DNA from: Bugula neritina
Lineage: Eukaryota; Animalia; Bryozoa
Assembly (NCBI GenBank): GCA_964035545.1
Contig: OZ037769.1
Span: 10,508,633-10,572,632, forward strand
DNA: 64,000 nt
Reading direction: 5' to 3'
Position numbers and translations under genes: made by a program. The notes beneath the pieces were generated by a model, which saw only the letters and a program-made list of their open reading frames with translations, had not been told where the DNA came from and ran no database searches. Shown here piece by piece: positions 1 through 11,149 of this stretch (position 1 is its first letter; each line of letters starts with the position of its first letter).

Positions 1-2
1 GA

Positions 3-3000
3 GTGAGTCGGCCGCAAGGCCCACCAATACCTCCGGCTTGGGCACTCAAAAACCGCTTTGAAGGTTTGCTTGATGAGGGAGTGAACGACGAATGGGAGCA
101 CAACAGGGATTTTCCTCGGTTGCCCACACGAGCATCAGTCCGAGAATTCACTCGGCCGCCCGTGTGTGAGCGAGACCGAGACGTACCCTGCCCGCCCATG
201 CAACGTCGACGACCCCCTCGCAACCGAAAAGCACAGGTGCATCCCCAATTCCATGCACATGAGGTGTCGCCTCAAGAGACAAATCGCTCAGTGAGCGCCC
301 AGCCATATGGAAGCAGCTATTTCCTCCCCGGCAAAATTGCTGGTAAAGCTGCCACATTCCTGTTGGATACTGGGTGTACCACAAATCTACTGAGTCGACG
401 TCTCTTCGATACTCTCAGTGCCAAGGACAGGGCTAGCCTAGAACCATATGAGGGGGAACACGGCACGTTGGCGGACGGGTCGTGTATTCCTTTCTATGGG
501 GTAATCCAGTTGACTGGTAGAGTCCGTGATCAGATGATCAGTGAGACCTTCATCGTCAGTCAACTCAAGGAGGATGCCATCTTGGGCATGCCATTTCTGA
601 AGCGACACAGGTGCTACATCGACTTTAGCAAGTCGGCAGTAGTGATGGCGGGGCGTGAGCTGGCCTGTGTCGACCGATTTGGCCGACCCTTGGTGGGGGG
701 AGTGCAGGTGGTACAGCGCTGTACTGTACCTGGGCGCTCCCGGGCTACAGTTCGCTGCAGAGTGAACTGTAGGGAGATCTCCGAGCTCGGAGTGGTGGAA
801 GGTGCACTGGGGGGCGTCCAGCTCGCTAACAGTCTGAATAGACTGGATGAGCGGAGGGAGTTCCTGGTCCAGTGTGTAAACCCTTTCACGGAGCCGGTAG
901 AATTACCGGCTGGGTCTCTAGTAGGGAAGTTCCACTCCGTGCAAGAGGAGGATGTAGGGCCCGCGCTGGAAACAGCGGGCGGTGCCCGGGGAGTACCCAC
1001 TAGAGACGGCAGGGGGCCGGTGCCTGAACACGTAGCAGAGTTGTACGAGGATGCCTGTGATGGCTGCGAGAGCAAGCGAGAACGCCTGGAGATGGCGCGG
1101 CTACTCTCTGAGTACAAGGATGTGTTCAGTTGCGGCGACCATGACATGGGTCTGACTGAGACGGTTCGTCATGAGATACCCCTGGCGGCGGGGACGGTGC
1201 CGATTCGGCAGCCGACCCGCCGGTTAGGTCCTGAGAAGGAGAGAGAAGTGAGCCGTCAGGTGCAAGACCTTCTGAACCGGGACCTGATTGAGCCAGGCCA
1301 TGGGGCCTGGAGTTCTCCAGTCGTCCTGGTTCGGAAAAAGGATGGTAGCTGGAGGTTTTGCGTTGATTATCGCAGGCTGAACAGCGTGACCATCCAGGAC
1401 GCTTACCCTCTCCCGAGGATCGATGAGTCGCTCGATGCCTTAGCTGGTAGCAAGTTCTTCAGCACGTTAGACTTGTTAAGCGGGTATTGGCAGGTGCCCC
1501 TGAGTCCTGAAGCACAGGACAAGGCCGCGTTTATAACGCGGGATGGGCTCTGGAAATGGAAGGTGTTGCCATTCGGACTTACGTCCGCACCAGCCACCTT
1601 CCAGCGACTCATGGAGCAGGTCCTGAGTGGACTGCACTGGAAGACCTTGCTCATATATCTCGATGATGTCATCGTCATCTCCCCCGACTTCGACACACAT
1701 GTCAGTCGACTCAGGGAGGTGTTCGACAGACTCCGAGCTGCTAACCTGAAGCTGAAGCCCTCGAAGTGTGCATTACTGCAACGCGAGGTCAAGTACCTGG
1801 GCCATGTAGTTGGTCGAGACGGGGTCGCCACCGACCCCGAGAAGGTACGGGCCGTGAGGGACTGGGCCGTTCCTGTCGACCTCTCTGAATTGCGGGCGTT
1901 CCTGGGGCTGGTAGGGTACTATCGTCAGTACATACCAGGCTTCGCAGGAATTGCACAGCCGTTAAATCGGCTGACCGCAAAGGGGGTGCGATGGCAGTGG
2001 ACGCAGGTTGAGCAGAAGGCATTTGACCACCTGAAGGATCGCCTGGTGGAAGCACCCATCTTGGCGTATCCTGACCCTGCGAAGGAGTACATTTTGGATA
2101 CTGATGCCAGTAACCATAATGTGGGGGCTGTGCTATCGCAGGTCCAAGATGGTCGCGAGGTGGTGGTGGCTTACTATAGCAAGGCCCTGTCGGCGCCTGA
2201 GAAGAACTACTGTACAACCAGGAGGGAACTCTTGGCAGTAGTCAAGGCGGTCAAACACTTTAGACCATATCTATATGGGCGCACATTCCGGCTTCGGACG
2301 GATCATGCGTCCCTGATATGGCTGTGTCGACGGGCAGAACCATCCAGCCAAGTGGCGCGCTGGCTAGAGATCCTGGCAGAGTTTTCTTATCGGATCGAGC
2401 ATCGACCCGGTAAGAAACACGGTAATGCAGATGGACTCAGCCGCCGCCAGGCAGATGGGTGTAAGCAATGCCAGAATATCGAGCGCAGGGACGGTGGACC
2501 CCCTCGCTCGGACGTCGAAGCGCAGTTGGGGAAAGCGGGTGTGTACAGCTGGGAAGAAGGGCAACTCCTGTCCGAATCACCCAACAAAGCTGTTAACAAC
2601 CTTCACGCAAACCCCACGTTGCTTCGGAACGTCAGGGAGCTATGCCGGCTCCAGTCCACGCTACCAGGAGTGGTAGCTGACCTAGTCCGGGCCAAGAAGG
2701 AGGGACGGCGGCCGAGTGAGGCCGAACAGCGAGTGAAGAGTACTGAGTTTAAGTACTTCTGTGACCGCTGGGACTCCCTAAGGTTCAACAGCGATGGGCT
2801 GCTAACGATTACGTTGGCAGTCGGCACCAATCGCAGTGAACGAGAGAGGGTAGTCTGCCCGTCAGCTCTGCGGCGGGAGTTGATCTGGGACACCCATAAG
2901 CAAGCTCACGCAGGAGCTAGCCGGGTGATCAGGTGTCTTCAACTCCAGTGGTTTTGGCCCGGTATGACCCGGGATGTCCGACTCCGGGTGCGGAAGTGCG

Positions 3001-4352
3001 AGGTGTGCCAAGCTAGTAAGCATGGCCGCCCCACTGAGACCGCAGGGAGGCGTCGCCTCCATGCCGGTCGTCCGTGGCAGGTGGTTGCTGTCGATCTGGT
3101 AGGCCCCATGCCCACTACAGCGAGAGGTAATAACTGGATACTGGTATTAACTGACCATTTCACGCGGTGGTCTGATGCACTGGCCATTCCAGATGCGTCG
3201 GCCCCCTCGGTGGCCAGAGCTCTGGATCAACAGGTGTTCTGCTATTTCGGCTTGCCGGAGCAGATACACTCTGACCAGGGCGCCCAGTTTCAGTCGCAAC
3301 TTATGAGCGATCTCTGTAGAATGTGGGGGGTAAACCAGAGTCGGACGACCCCGTATCACCCGCAAGGGAACGGGGTCGTGGAGCGGAACAACCGAATGCT
3401 AGGGGACTCTCTGAGAAGCCTGCTTATCGGTAGGAGCCAGGAAGAGTGGGACTTGGTGTTGCCGCAGATCATGCGAGCGTACCGTAGTACCCCTCACTCC
3501 AGTACACTGGAGACCCCTAATTTTCTCATGCTGGGGAGAGAAACAAGGGTTCCTGAGCACGTAACCTATCATGTTCCGAATCCAGAGAGCAATGTCCACG
3601 ACTACGTGGACAAGCTCGTAAACTGCATGGGGACGGCTCACGAGGTGCTACGTGAGCAGCAGTGGCAGGTCAGGAGTGGTGACTCTGACGACCCACCCTT
3701 ATACAAGGTGGGGGACTGGGTCTGGATGACCAGTCATCGCCGCAGGCGCGGACAGGCAGCCAAGTTGCAGCCGAAGTTCGTAGGTCCCTACTGCGTAATT
3801 GAGGTAATGCCAAATCATACATACAAAGTGGAACGGTCTGGACAAGTGTCGGTCCAGAACGAGGCACGGCTTAAACCTCACTGGGCGAGTCCTGATGCGG
3901 CAGGTCAAGCACCTCCTCTCTTAGAGCCAGCTAGGCGCCCTCCTATGAGGGGGCGGCCCATGGCATATCGAGAGATTGAGGAGATACTGCCAGACCAGGA
4001 CGGGGCGGCTGATGCGTCAGCCGACCAGCCCCAACCTCCTCCACCCCAGGAAGAGGAGGTCGACGCACCTGAAGACCTGTCGGAGCCGGCCCCACCACCT
4101 GTGGAGCCGGTCGACAGGCCCATCGTTCCGGATGAGATGGAAATTCCTCAGGATACTGAGGGAGAGGCAGCTGGGGGAGGGCCACCCGTACTGGTGGACC
4201 CCCCCGTACTGGCGACACCACCCATGGTGGAAGAGTCGCCAGTCGCAGCAAACTCCCCGGTACCGTTGGACCGTAGCCAACGTACCAGGGCGCCACCATC
4301 TTATTTAAAAGACTTCTTGTGTGACTTGGTCGACATGCACAGTATTCTGTAG
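3..4352 (+). CDS. Gypsy Pol polyprotein (protease, RT, RNase H, integrase with GPY/F); open at the left edge
   Basis: Protease FLLDTG; RT LPFGL and YLDD; RNase H ILDTDAS and RTDH; integrase HKQAH...CEVC, VDLVG, SDQG, VERNN; KLQPKFVGPY. Domain order is Ty3/Gypsy. Confidence 0.97.
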   Translation: MSRPQGPPIPPAWALKNRFEGLLDEGVNDEWEHNRDFPRLPTRASVREFTRPPVCERDRDVPCPPMQRRRPPRNRKAQVHPQFHAHEVSPQETNRSVSAQPYGSSYFLPGKIAGKAATFLLDTGCTTNLLSRRLFDTLSAKDRASLEPYEGEHGTLADGSCIPFYGVIQLTGRVRDQMISETFIVSQLKEDAILGMPFLKRHRCYIDFSKSAVVMAGRELACVDRFGRPLVGGVQVVQRCTVPGRSRATVRCRVNCREISELGVVEGALGGVQLANSLNRLDERREFLVQCVNPFTEPVELPAGSLVGKFHSVQEEDVGPALETAGGARGVPTRDGRGPVPEHVAELYEDACDGCESKRERLEMARLLSEYKDVFSCGDHDMGLTETVRHEIPLAAGTVPIRQPTRRLGPEKEREVSRQVQDLLNRDLIEPGHGAWSSPVVLVRKKDGSWRFCVDYRRLNSVTIQDAYPLPRIDESLDALAGSKFFSTLDLLSGYWQVPLSPEAQDKAAFITRDGLWKWKVLPFGLTSAPATFQRLMEQVLSGLHWKTLLIYLDDVIVISPDFDTHVSRLREVFDRLRAANLKLKPSKCALLQREVKYLGHVVGRDGVATDPEKVRAVRDWAVPVDLSELRAFLGLVGYYRQYIPGFAGIAQPLNRLTAKGVRWQWTQVEQKAFDHLKDRLVEAPILAYPDPAKEYILDTDASNHNVGAVLSQVQDGREVVVAYYSKALSAPEKNYCTTRRELLAVVKAVKHFRPYLYGRTFRLRTDHASLIWLCRRAEPSSQVARWLEILAEFSYRIEHRPGKKHGNADGLSRRQADGCKQCQNIERRDGGPPRSDVEAQLGKAGVYSWEEGQLLSESPNKAVNNLHANPTLLRNVRELCRLQSTLPGVVADLVRAKKEGRRPSEAEQRVKSTEFKYFCDRWDSLRFNSDGLLTITLAVGTNRSERERVVCPSALRRELIWDTHKQAHAGASRVIRCLQLQWFWPGMTRDVRLRVRKCEVCQASKHGRPTETAGRRRLHAGRPWQVVAVDLVGPMPTTARGNNWILVLTDHFTRWSDALAIPDASAPSVARALDQQVFCYFGLPEQIHSDQGAQFQSQLMSDLCRMWGVNQSRTTPYHPQGNGVVERNNRMLGDSLRSLLIGRSQEEWDLVLPQIMRAYRSTPHSSTLETPNFLMLGRETRVPEHVTYHVPNPESNVHDYVDKLVNCMGTAHEVLREQQWQVRSGDSDDPPLYKVGDWVWMTSHRRRRGQAAKLQPKFVGPYCVIEVMPNHTYKVERSGQVSVQNEARLKPHWASPDAAGQAPPLLEPARRPPMRGRPMAYREIEEILPDQDGAADASADQPQPPPPQEEEVDAPEDLSEPAPPPVEPVDRPIVPDEMEIPQDTEGEAAGGGPPVLVDPPVLATPPMVEESPVAANSPVPLDRSQRTRAPPSYLKDFLCDLVDMHSIL

Positions 4353-4592
4353 CATGGCGACATTCACAAAGGAGTCTGGGGGAGCGAGGTAATTGATAGC
4401 AGGCGACCCAGTGGCGGATTGAATAGGTCAGCCGGGGGTCAGCAGAGCGTAGCCAAATCACAGCGTATAGGGTGTTACATAAGCACTCTAGCTGTGAGCG
4501 CTCTTTTCAATTACAGCTAGCAAACAGGCAGCACGTCTTTTGCAATAAATAATTTGGCTATCTACGAGCCCTAAGAAAGCAGCAGCATCATT

Positions 4593-5543
4593 ATGTCTAA
4601 TGCAGCAACTGTTTTGGGGGGTGAGACTGAGCCTGTATCCGACGAGATACAGGCATTACTTGACACGCCTACGACTAACTGGGACAGCATGTCAGAAGCA
4701 GGGGTAGACATGCTGTCCGACATACATTTAGCAACATTTACGGACTCCCCGACACACACTGCGATGCAAATTGATACCAACGACTTGACTGATGACTTGA
4801 CTGTAGCCAAGGACACTACTCTAGCACTACCAAGAGCCTTACTGGGACGGACTAACTGGACGACTCGACGGACTCGAACATTGATAGAAGCAATAGTAGG
4901 GACGGACGACAATAGACAATGCACTGAATGTAGAAGAATACTATCGACTACTAGGAGACTGAGAATACACGTTCCACAACACTTTACTGTGACTTTCTGT
5001 CCCTGCGGAGTTCACCACTTCTGCAGGGACACGATACTGAGACACCAACGAACTAGAGACTGTTACGTAGGGCACTTGTATGAAGTCGACGCAGACTCTT
5101 ACACGGAGTTCCGGGACCTAATACTACCCCACGTGACTGACCCGGACCGACGACAGACTCTCCTGGACCACTTCCCCGCTACCCGACCTACAGTAGAGAG
5201 TGACTCTGATGCAGACCCCCAACCCTCCGAAACAACGACTACCTACCCTCCAGACGTAACCACCCAACCTCTACGCGTCGTAGTAACCCGTGCTGGACGC
5301 GCTGTGACGAAGGACTCACAACCCCCAACGACGACAATCTCCTATGTACCCCGACACACCCATAAGAAGAAGAGGGGTGCTAGCAACACACCCCGAGATG
5401 ACAGCGACCCTGACCAATCCCTACTAGCCGACATTAGGAAAATACAACGGCGTATGGCTCGCCTCAGTAAGGAACAGAAGCGAGCAACCACCGAGCTGGC
5501 TAAGTTGCAGACCCGACTAGAGAAACGGCTGGCAAAGAAGTGA
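4593..5543 (+). CDS. Retrotransposon accessory ORF: tandem zinc-finger and coiled-coil protein (316 aa)
   Basis: ATG-initiated ORF between pol and the PPT. Contains C-x2-C-x12-H-x3-H (CTECRRILSTTRRLRIHVPQH), a second C-x-C-x12-H-x5-C finger, HKKKR and a C-terminal heptad pattern. Confidence 0.8.
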   Translation: MSNAATVLGGETEPVSDEIQALLDTPTTNWDSMSEAGVDMLSDIHLATFTDSPTHTAMQIDTNDLTDDLTVAKDTTLALPRALLGRTNWTTRRTRTLIEAIVGTDDNRQCTECRRILSTTRRLRIHVPQHFTVTFCPCGVHHFCRDTILRHQRTRDCYVGHLYEVDADSYTEFRDLILPHVTDPDRRQTLLDHFPATRPTVESDSDADPQPSETTTTYPPDVTTQPLRVVVTRAGRAVTKDSQPPTTTISYVPRHTHKKKRGASNTPRDDSDPDQSLLADIRKIQRRMARLSKEQKRATTELAKLQTRLEKRLAKK

Positions 5544-5788
5544 TAGAGGTGCGGCCACCTACACATGTACCCCCCCCCTCCTGGCTAGTCAAGCAGTGTA
5601 AATAAGTGTTATGGACTACGGCGTGAAGACTCATTTATTATACTTATGTTATCTACTCTGTATATATATTTTCTCTTGTTCAATTGTACCCTAGTTTTGT
5701 AAAGCACTATGTTACCTTCATTATTATTCGTGTGTTACTGTCATGTAAATATTAAGGCTAGAGAGTACTTTTCGATAGGTGAGGAGAG

Positions 5789-6197
5789 TGTGATAGATTT
5801 TAGTAGTGCAAGTATTATGGTATTAATCGAAAAGGTTTACTCTATATTGTTTTATGTATCTTGTGAGTTCGACACTGTCGGAGTGTAGCTATGGGCAGTA
5901 GTGGCACCATTAGTAGCCACCAATCAGGACAATGACATTAATTGATAGCAGGTGGAGCTAGCTACTCGTAGTTGCAGTGCGCTGAGTAGCTAGCCGGCAG
6001 AGCAGCTTGGGACTTCATTTAGAACAGTTGTGTATTAAAGCTCACTAATTATGTAATCGTTTCTATTCATGCTAGCAGTAAATAACCTACTTGTATTTGT
6101 GTAAATAATAAAGTATCTTATCGTAAACAACCTGTCGCAGTGGCTTTGATTAAGTAGACCCACAAATAATAATAGTGAACTGGCAAAATTCACTACA
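5789..6197 (+). repeat. 3' LTR of the Gypsy element (about 409 bp)
   Basis: Starts TGT right after the PPT and ends ACA. Ends are imperfectly inverted (TGTGATAGATTTT vs TGTAGTGAATTTT on the reverse strand). AATAAA at 6107-6112. The partner LTR is not in the window, so the end is inferred. Confidence 0.75.
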
Positions 6198-6479
6198 ATA
6201 TGCAATAATCAATTATGCAAAAACTATACAATTGATAAGATTCCAGCAATAAATAGGATTTAGCACTTCATTTGAATAACTGCATTAAATTGAAACACCT
6301 GGATAAAGAGAAAAAGTAAAGGGGAAATATATTTAGAAAGACTGATGTATATGATTATTGCTGGAAAAGAAGTATTTAATCAGGAAAATGTCTGAACAAC
6401 TCAAATTTTACTGAGGCCTTTATAAAACAGCAAGTACAAGCTTTTAGTTGTCAGTTTTTCTTATCAATCACGCAAATCG

Positions 6480-9400
6480 CTATAAATCCAACATCATTTT
6501 ATCCAAAGAAAATTCACTATTGTGAACTACTTGTTCTGCTTCTCCTTCTATGTCTTCCAGTAGTTCATGTTCTGGAGTGAGTACCAACTCAATACTCCTA
6601 AATCTTCCTGCAAAATGTTTAGAGCTTATAGTAGCAATTAAAATATAAAAAAGCTAGAGACACTCTTGACCAATGCTACTCAAACATATCAGTGTACTTG
6701 TGTACTATGAATCCGAGACATTTAAAAAATGACCATTGGAAAGCACCAATAGACAACTGGAAAATAGGCAATTATAAAATGAACATTTGAAAAATAGACT
6801 TTCGGAAAATGAAGAATATTCAACTTTGCCTAGTCCAGATGGGGAGTTCAGCACCTGGCCGGGTTCAAAATAACTTATTGTAAACGTGTGCAATTTTAAA
6901 TTGGAACTATTCAGTAACTAATTCTACTTCCATAATAGGCCTAACTGATTCGATCTTTATATTTATCTTTGAAAGTTATTTTGAACCCGACCAGATGCTG
7001 AACCTCCCCTCTGAACTAGGCCATGTCGAATATTCTTCATTTTCCAAATGTCTATTTTCAAGTTGTCCATTTTCTAATTGTTTATTTTCGGGTTGTCTAT
7101 TGGTGATTTTTCGAAATGTTGTGTCACTAGTAACTACGCCACTCATATGTGCCATTCAAGCTCTTATTAACAACTATGACGCTTCAGCTTTTGCTTTGTA
7201 AAAGGTGCCATGAATTGTCTCACCAACAGGTTTTAAAACATGATTTTGAATGACAAGTTGCTTCATCTCCCTTTTAGTATGGTTTCCTAATTGCTTTGTA
7301 AATTTAATCCTCTGCTGTATTAGATCAGTGACGTGTGCCATCCTCAACAATTTCCTTATAGGCCTCTGAAGGCTTTCCAAATTTTTCCTTTCCTTAACTA
7401 AGTATTGAACATAGTCTGACACCTCCAGCACCTTCTTAGCTTTATAGTCTTTAATTTCGTTAATGAGGTCTTCTGCAGATTTCTTCAATGCCAAAATCTG
7501 CAAACAGCATGTCAACAACTTCATACAATAACAAAGCCTTTGGATAGCCAGACATCCATTTCTTTTACTTTCTCACAAACATTCACTAGCCAAGAGCTTT
7601 TATGTATTTAAACAGAATATTAAAAGAGAAGTAGAAATGACCCAAATGTAAACAAAGCCAGTCTCTCCTCAAGCTATTAACATAATTTGTTAAATGGGGA
7701 GGGGGTACATACAGACACACAGACTGAGTCACCTGTTTGTTCATACGTTTTAGTACTCTGCTTATCATCTTCTCTGAGTCAGACTCTAACTTATCAACTA
7801 CTGACCAAGCATGCTTTTCAGACTGACACAACTTAGTCACTCTGTCTGCTGCGTCGTCTAACAACTCATCAATTTCAGACTTCAACTCTCGTTCAGCTCT
7901 AGCCAAAGATCTAAACTCGTGCTTCTCTCTATCTATCATATAATCATGAATACACTTTACTGGTGAGAGTAAGGGAGTGAGAATAACACAGTGAGAGCTG
8001 CAGAATAACAGAATGATAGTAACAGGATAATAGAGTGAGAATAACAGAGTGAGAGTAACAGAGTGAGAAAAGTAGAGTCAAACAAATAAACTTCTACCTA
8101 GACAATGAAAGTTTAAAGCTTAGAGACCTGCATTATTAGAAGTTTCCAAAAAATACACAAAATTAGCTAAAAAAACAGGTAGCTAGTAAGCAGAACACAT
8201 GTATGCGTTACAAACACAGCGCCTTCAAAACCTATAACACATTCCTAAATGAATATACCAATTTAGACAATTGAATAGCAGTTTCACCTGAAAAAAGTTA
8301 CGAACTTACAGCTTTGTAGTTTTTGAGATTCAAAACTAATTGTCATTTCAACATTCAACACATTAATATCTGCTTCTGGATAAAATATGGCTGGGCATAA
8401 TTGCTGCTTGTAAATGCAACCACATGTTACAATTTTTAATCTCCACGACTGGAGATTTCAAGGAAGAGCAGGAAACCCGAGGCTTCACCTCTCCCACACT
8501 TTAGCGATTTGGTTGAAAAGATATTCCAATAACACTTACCATCTTTCCCACGTGGAGGTAGCTTATCTGTGTAGAAGAAACTTACCTGCGCAGAGGTCAC
8601 CTGGGTCACATCTTGCACAGGTCAACACGTGACACTTGAGACAGGCATGAGATAAATTCTCCCCCAAGTGCTTCTTACAAGCCACTCTACCATAGTAAGC
8701 AGGTCTTTGATAGTAGAGGAAGATATCAACACATACGTGACTGTCTTCAAAGTATGCATCATGTCTCTACAGAACACTCCGTCATTAACAAACAATAACA
8801 TCTGAAGATAGTTGTACATACAGAGTATATGTCTATAGTCTACACCAACCAGTATGTAGTCAAAATAAGTACCAAATCGTGTCCATCGAAAAACCAGGGT
8901 AATGGATGGAGATACTTAATTGGTCACGTATACAGGTAAGTCAAAATCTATGTACTTTAAAACATAATATGTCTAACATCTCTCACTTGAAAGACTCTAA
9001 GTATCCATTCAACTGGAATATCATTATAAAGTTGTGTGAAATGGGTTCACTAGAAGTCAGAAAATGCTATAAATAGAGAAGAGAGCTGAGTAGGTAAAGT
9101 ACCCAGCATTATGTTGTTACAGATTATATTTGTACAGAAATTAACACCTTCCAGAAGGCAATAGACATACTATTGATAGCCAGAGTTTTCTCATACACTG
9201 CGTTACCAAGCTTCGCATTATGTGAATGAATTTTCAGTCGATATTTAGAAAAAGTTACATAGAATGAAGCCACAACCATAAGTTCATCCACAATGCAAGT
9301 CATGGAAACCAGTGATCCAAGTGACAAATCAGGCAGAACTTAAACTATACAACTTAATAAAGATTAGTTGTAATACTAGTTCATGATGAATATTATTCCA

Positions 9401-10268
9401 GCTAGCTATACAGGTGAATTTGATGTCATCACAAGTGGCAGAGCAGGAAATAAATATGTAAATGATTGTAGGACAAAAGGTAGGCACTAGTAATAACACA
9501 AATTGACTCACTAGTAAGAATTAAAGACCATCCAATGCTGTACAACACGTCTACAAATTCAACTTTTAGTTGTCATAAAGCAACAGCAGGGATTATTGTT
9601 GTTTCTCTTTTAATTAGAATATTTCAACTAATGCCTTGAGTTAACACTAGCAACCACTTTCCCTGAACAGGATGAAGCTGATTGTTTTCTCCCACATAGT
9701 CTAACACCTGTTACATAGACTATTAAACCAAAGCCATACTGAAATTAGCTCTTGGCAAACTTAGTACCTTCTCAGACCAGAAACACTTTTAATAGATATT
9801 TGAGAACTTAACCTAAGAAAAAACCTAAAAGTGCTAACAGCATCATTGAATTCATGTTAGGATATCAAACGAAATAATTATAAGATATGGACTATTTCTA
9901 CCTGCTATTACTTAAAAAAAGATTTTTTTTCTCATAATTACTTATCTCAATTAGCAGCCATTGTGGTACATTACATCAAAATGGTAACCTATTGCTAGAG
10001 ACTTTTGAGTCTAGAACCTTCATTACTTTAGAGCAACTGAAAGGATAAACTTGCTCACCATGTGCCGAAATCAACACTAAACATGCAATTCTATAACATA
10101 GAGTTGTCATCACCTGCATATGCAGCACTGCAGAGTGCCCTGGACGTCATAGTCTTCCAGTATACAAGCTAGACAAAACACGTGTCCACACGGGAAACGC
10201 TTAGGGTCAACCATACAGCACGGCTCTTCTAAACAGTAGCCACATCTATTCCCACGTTCAGTGGACAT
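6480..10268 (-). CDS. TRIM-type RING/B-box/coiled-coil E3 ligase, multi-exon
   Basis: Exon 10114-10268 encodes a RING (CGYC...CGHVFCLAC...CCIC). Exon 8586-8766 encodes a B-box (CKKH...CLKCHVLTCARC). Exons 7733-7932 and 7224-7497 are coiled coil; the last exon is 6480-6607. GT-AG phases agree from the B-box exon onward. Exon(s) between 8766 and 10114 are unresolved. Confidence 0.78.
6715..7125. mobile_element. Foldback/MITE-like element with roughly 160-bp imperfect inverted arms
   Basis: About 6715-6876 is the diverged reverse complement of about 6972-7125 (gaagaatattc/gaatattcttc; gggttcaaaataactt/aagttattttgaaccc). Confidence 0.75.
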
Positions 10269-11149
10269 CTTTTATTGGTTGATGACTGGATACCAGAATC
10301 TAGCTTATTAGGAATACATCAAATAATAGTATACCACGTCATGGTATACTAAGTAATAATATAACATATTCTGGTATACTAAGTAATAATATAACACGTT
10401 AAATAACAATATATCATGTCATGGTAGATATAATATAAAACCAAGCATCATGTCATAGTTTACATATTCTAATCAAATATACTATTTGTGATACAATAAC
10501 CTATAACTATGTAAACCAGTGTGAACATTGTGATTGCAACTGCATTGCAATAAACGCTCATTTATACTTGGAAGAGTTTACAATGGAGAAAAGCCTGGAA
10601 TTCTTTGGGAACCATCATATTGATTCACCTATGCCTGTAAATGTAATGCAAACACAATACTTTATACAAATAATAACACACAAGGGTATAAAAAGTTGAG
10701 TGATTCACTTTGCTATGATGGCTACTTATGCTTTGCAGTTGATATTGTCAATGGCAAAATTAGAAGTTAGCAAGCCCAATAAAGTTATATTGACTCTAGC
10801 AATAATTGAAAGAAGTACTCAAAATTTTAGAAGACTTAGCCTACTTTAACAATTGACTTAATTTGACCTGCTGACTTAGGATATCTAGCTAACTTGAAGT
10901 TCAAACTAGGTCTTGTAGAATATTTGAAAATCCTGAAGTCTACTGAAAGTCTACTTTCCTGCATGATATAAATTATATTTCACAGAATAAAAATTGTCTG
11001 CTGCACAAAAACCCATGTAATTTATGTACACAAATTTAAACTAAAGCTATTTATTCATTATGAGAGCAAAAGATGGAGTACTTCAACTTCTATAAAACTT
11101 GATTGAATACTAGTTACTTACTCATTACTATAAATTGATAATACAGGTA

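Larger units (their letters stand above)
1..6197 (+). mobile_element. Ty3/Gypsy LTR retrotransposon (5' end outside window): pol, accessory ORF, PPT, 3' LTR
   Basis: Intact PR-RT-RH-IN ORF. Purine tract GAGGAGAG at 5781-5788 is followed directly by TGTGATAG...CACTACA. GC content drops to host level after about 6200. Confidence 0.93.

Noticed and set aside
148-4461. Many short antisense or alternative-frame ORFs over pol
   Set aside because: Expected shadows in GC-rich coding sequence; no recognisable motifs.
4593-5543. Accessory ORF as env
   Set aside because: No signal peptide, fusion peptide or transmembrane segment.
9124-9350. Cys/His-containing segments as the missing TRIM exon(s)
   Set aside because: I could not find splice sites giving a stop-free, phase-compatible exon with confidence.
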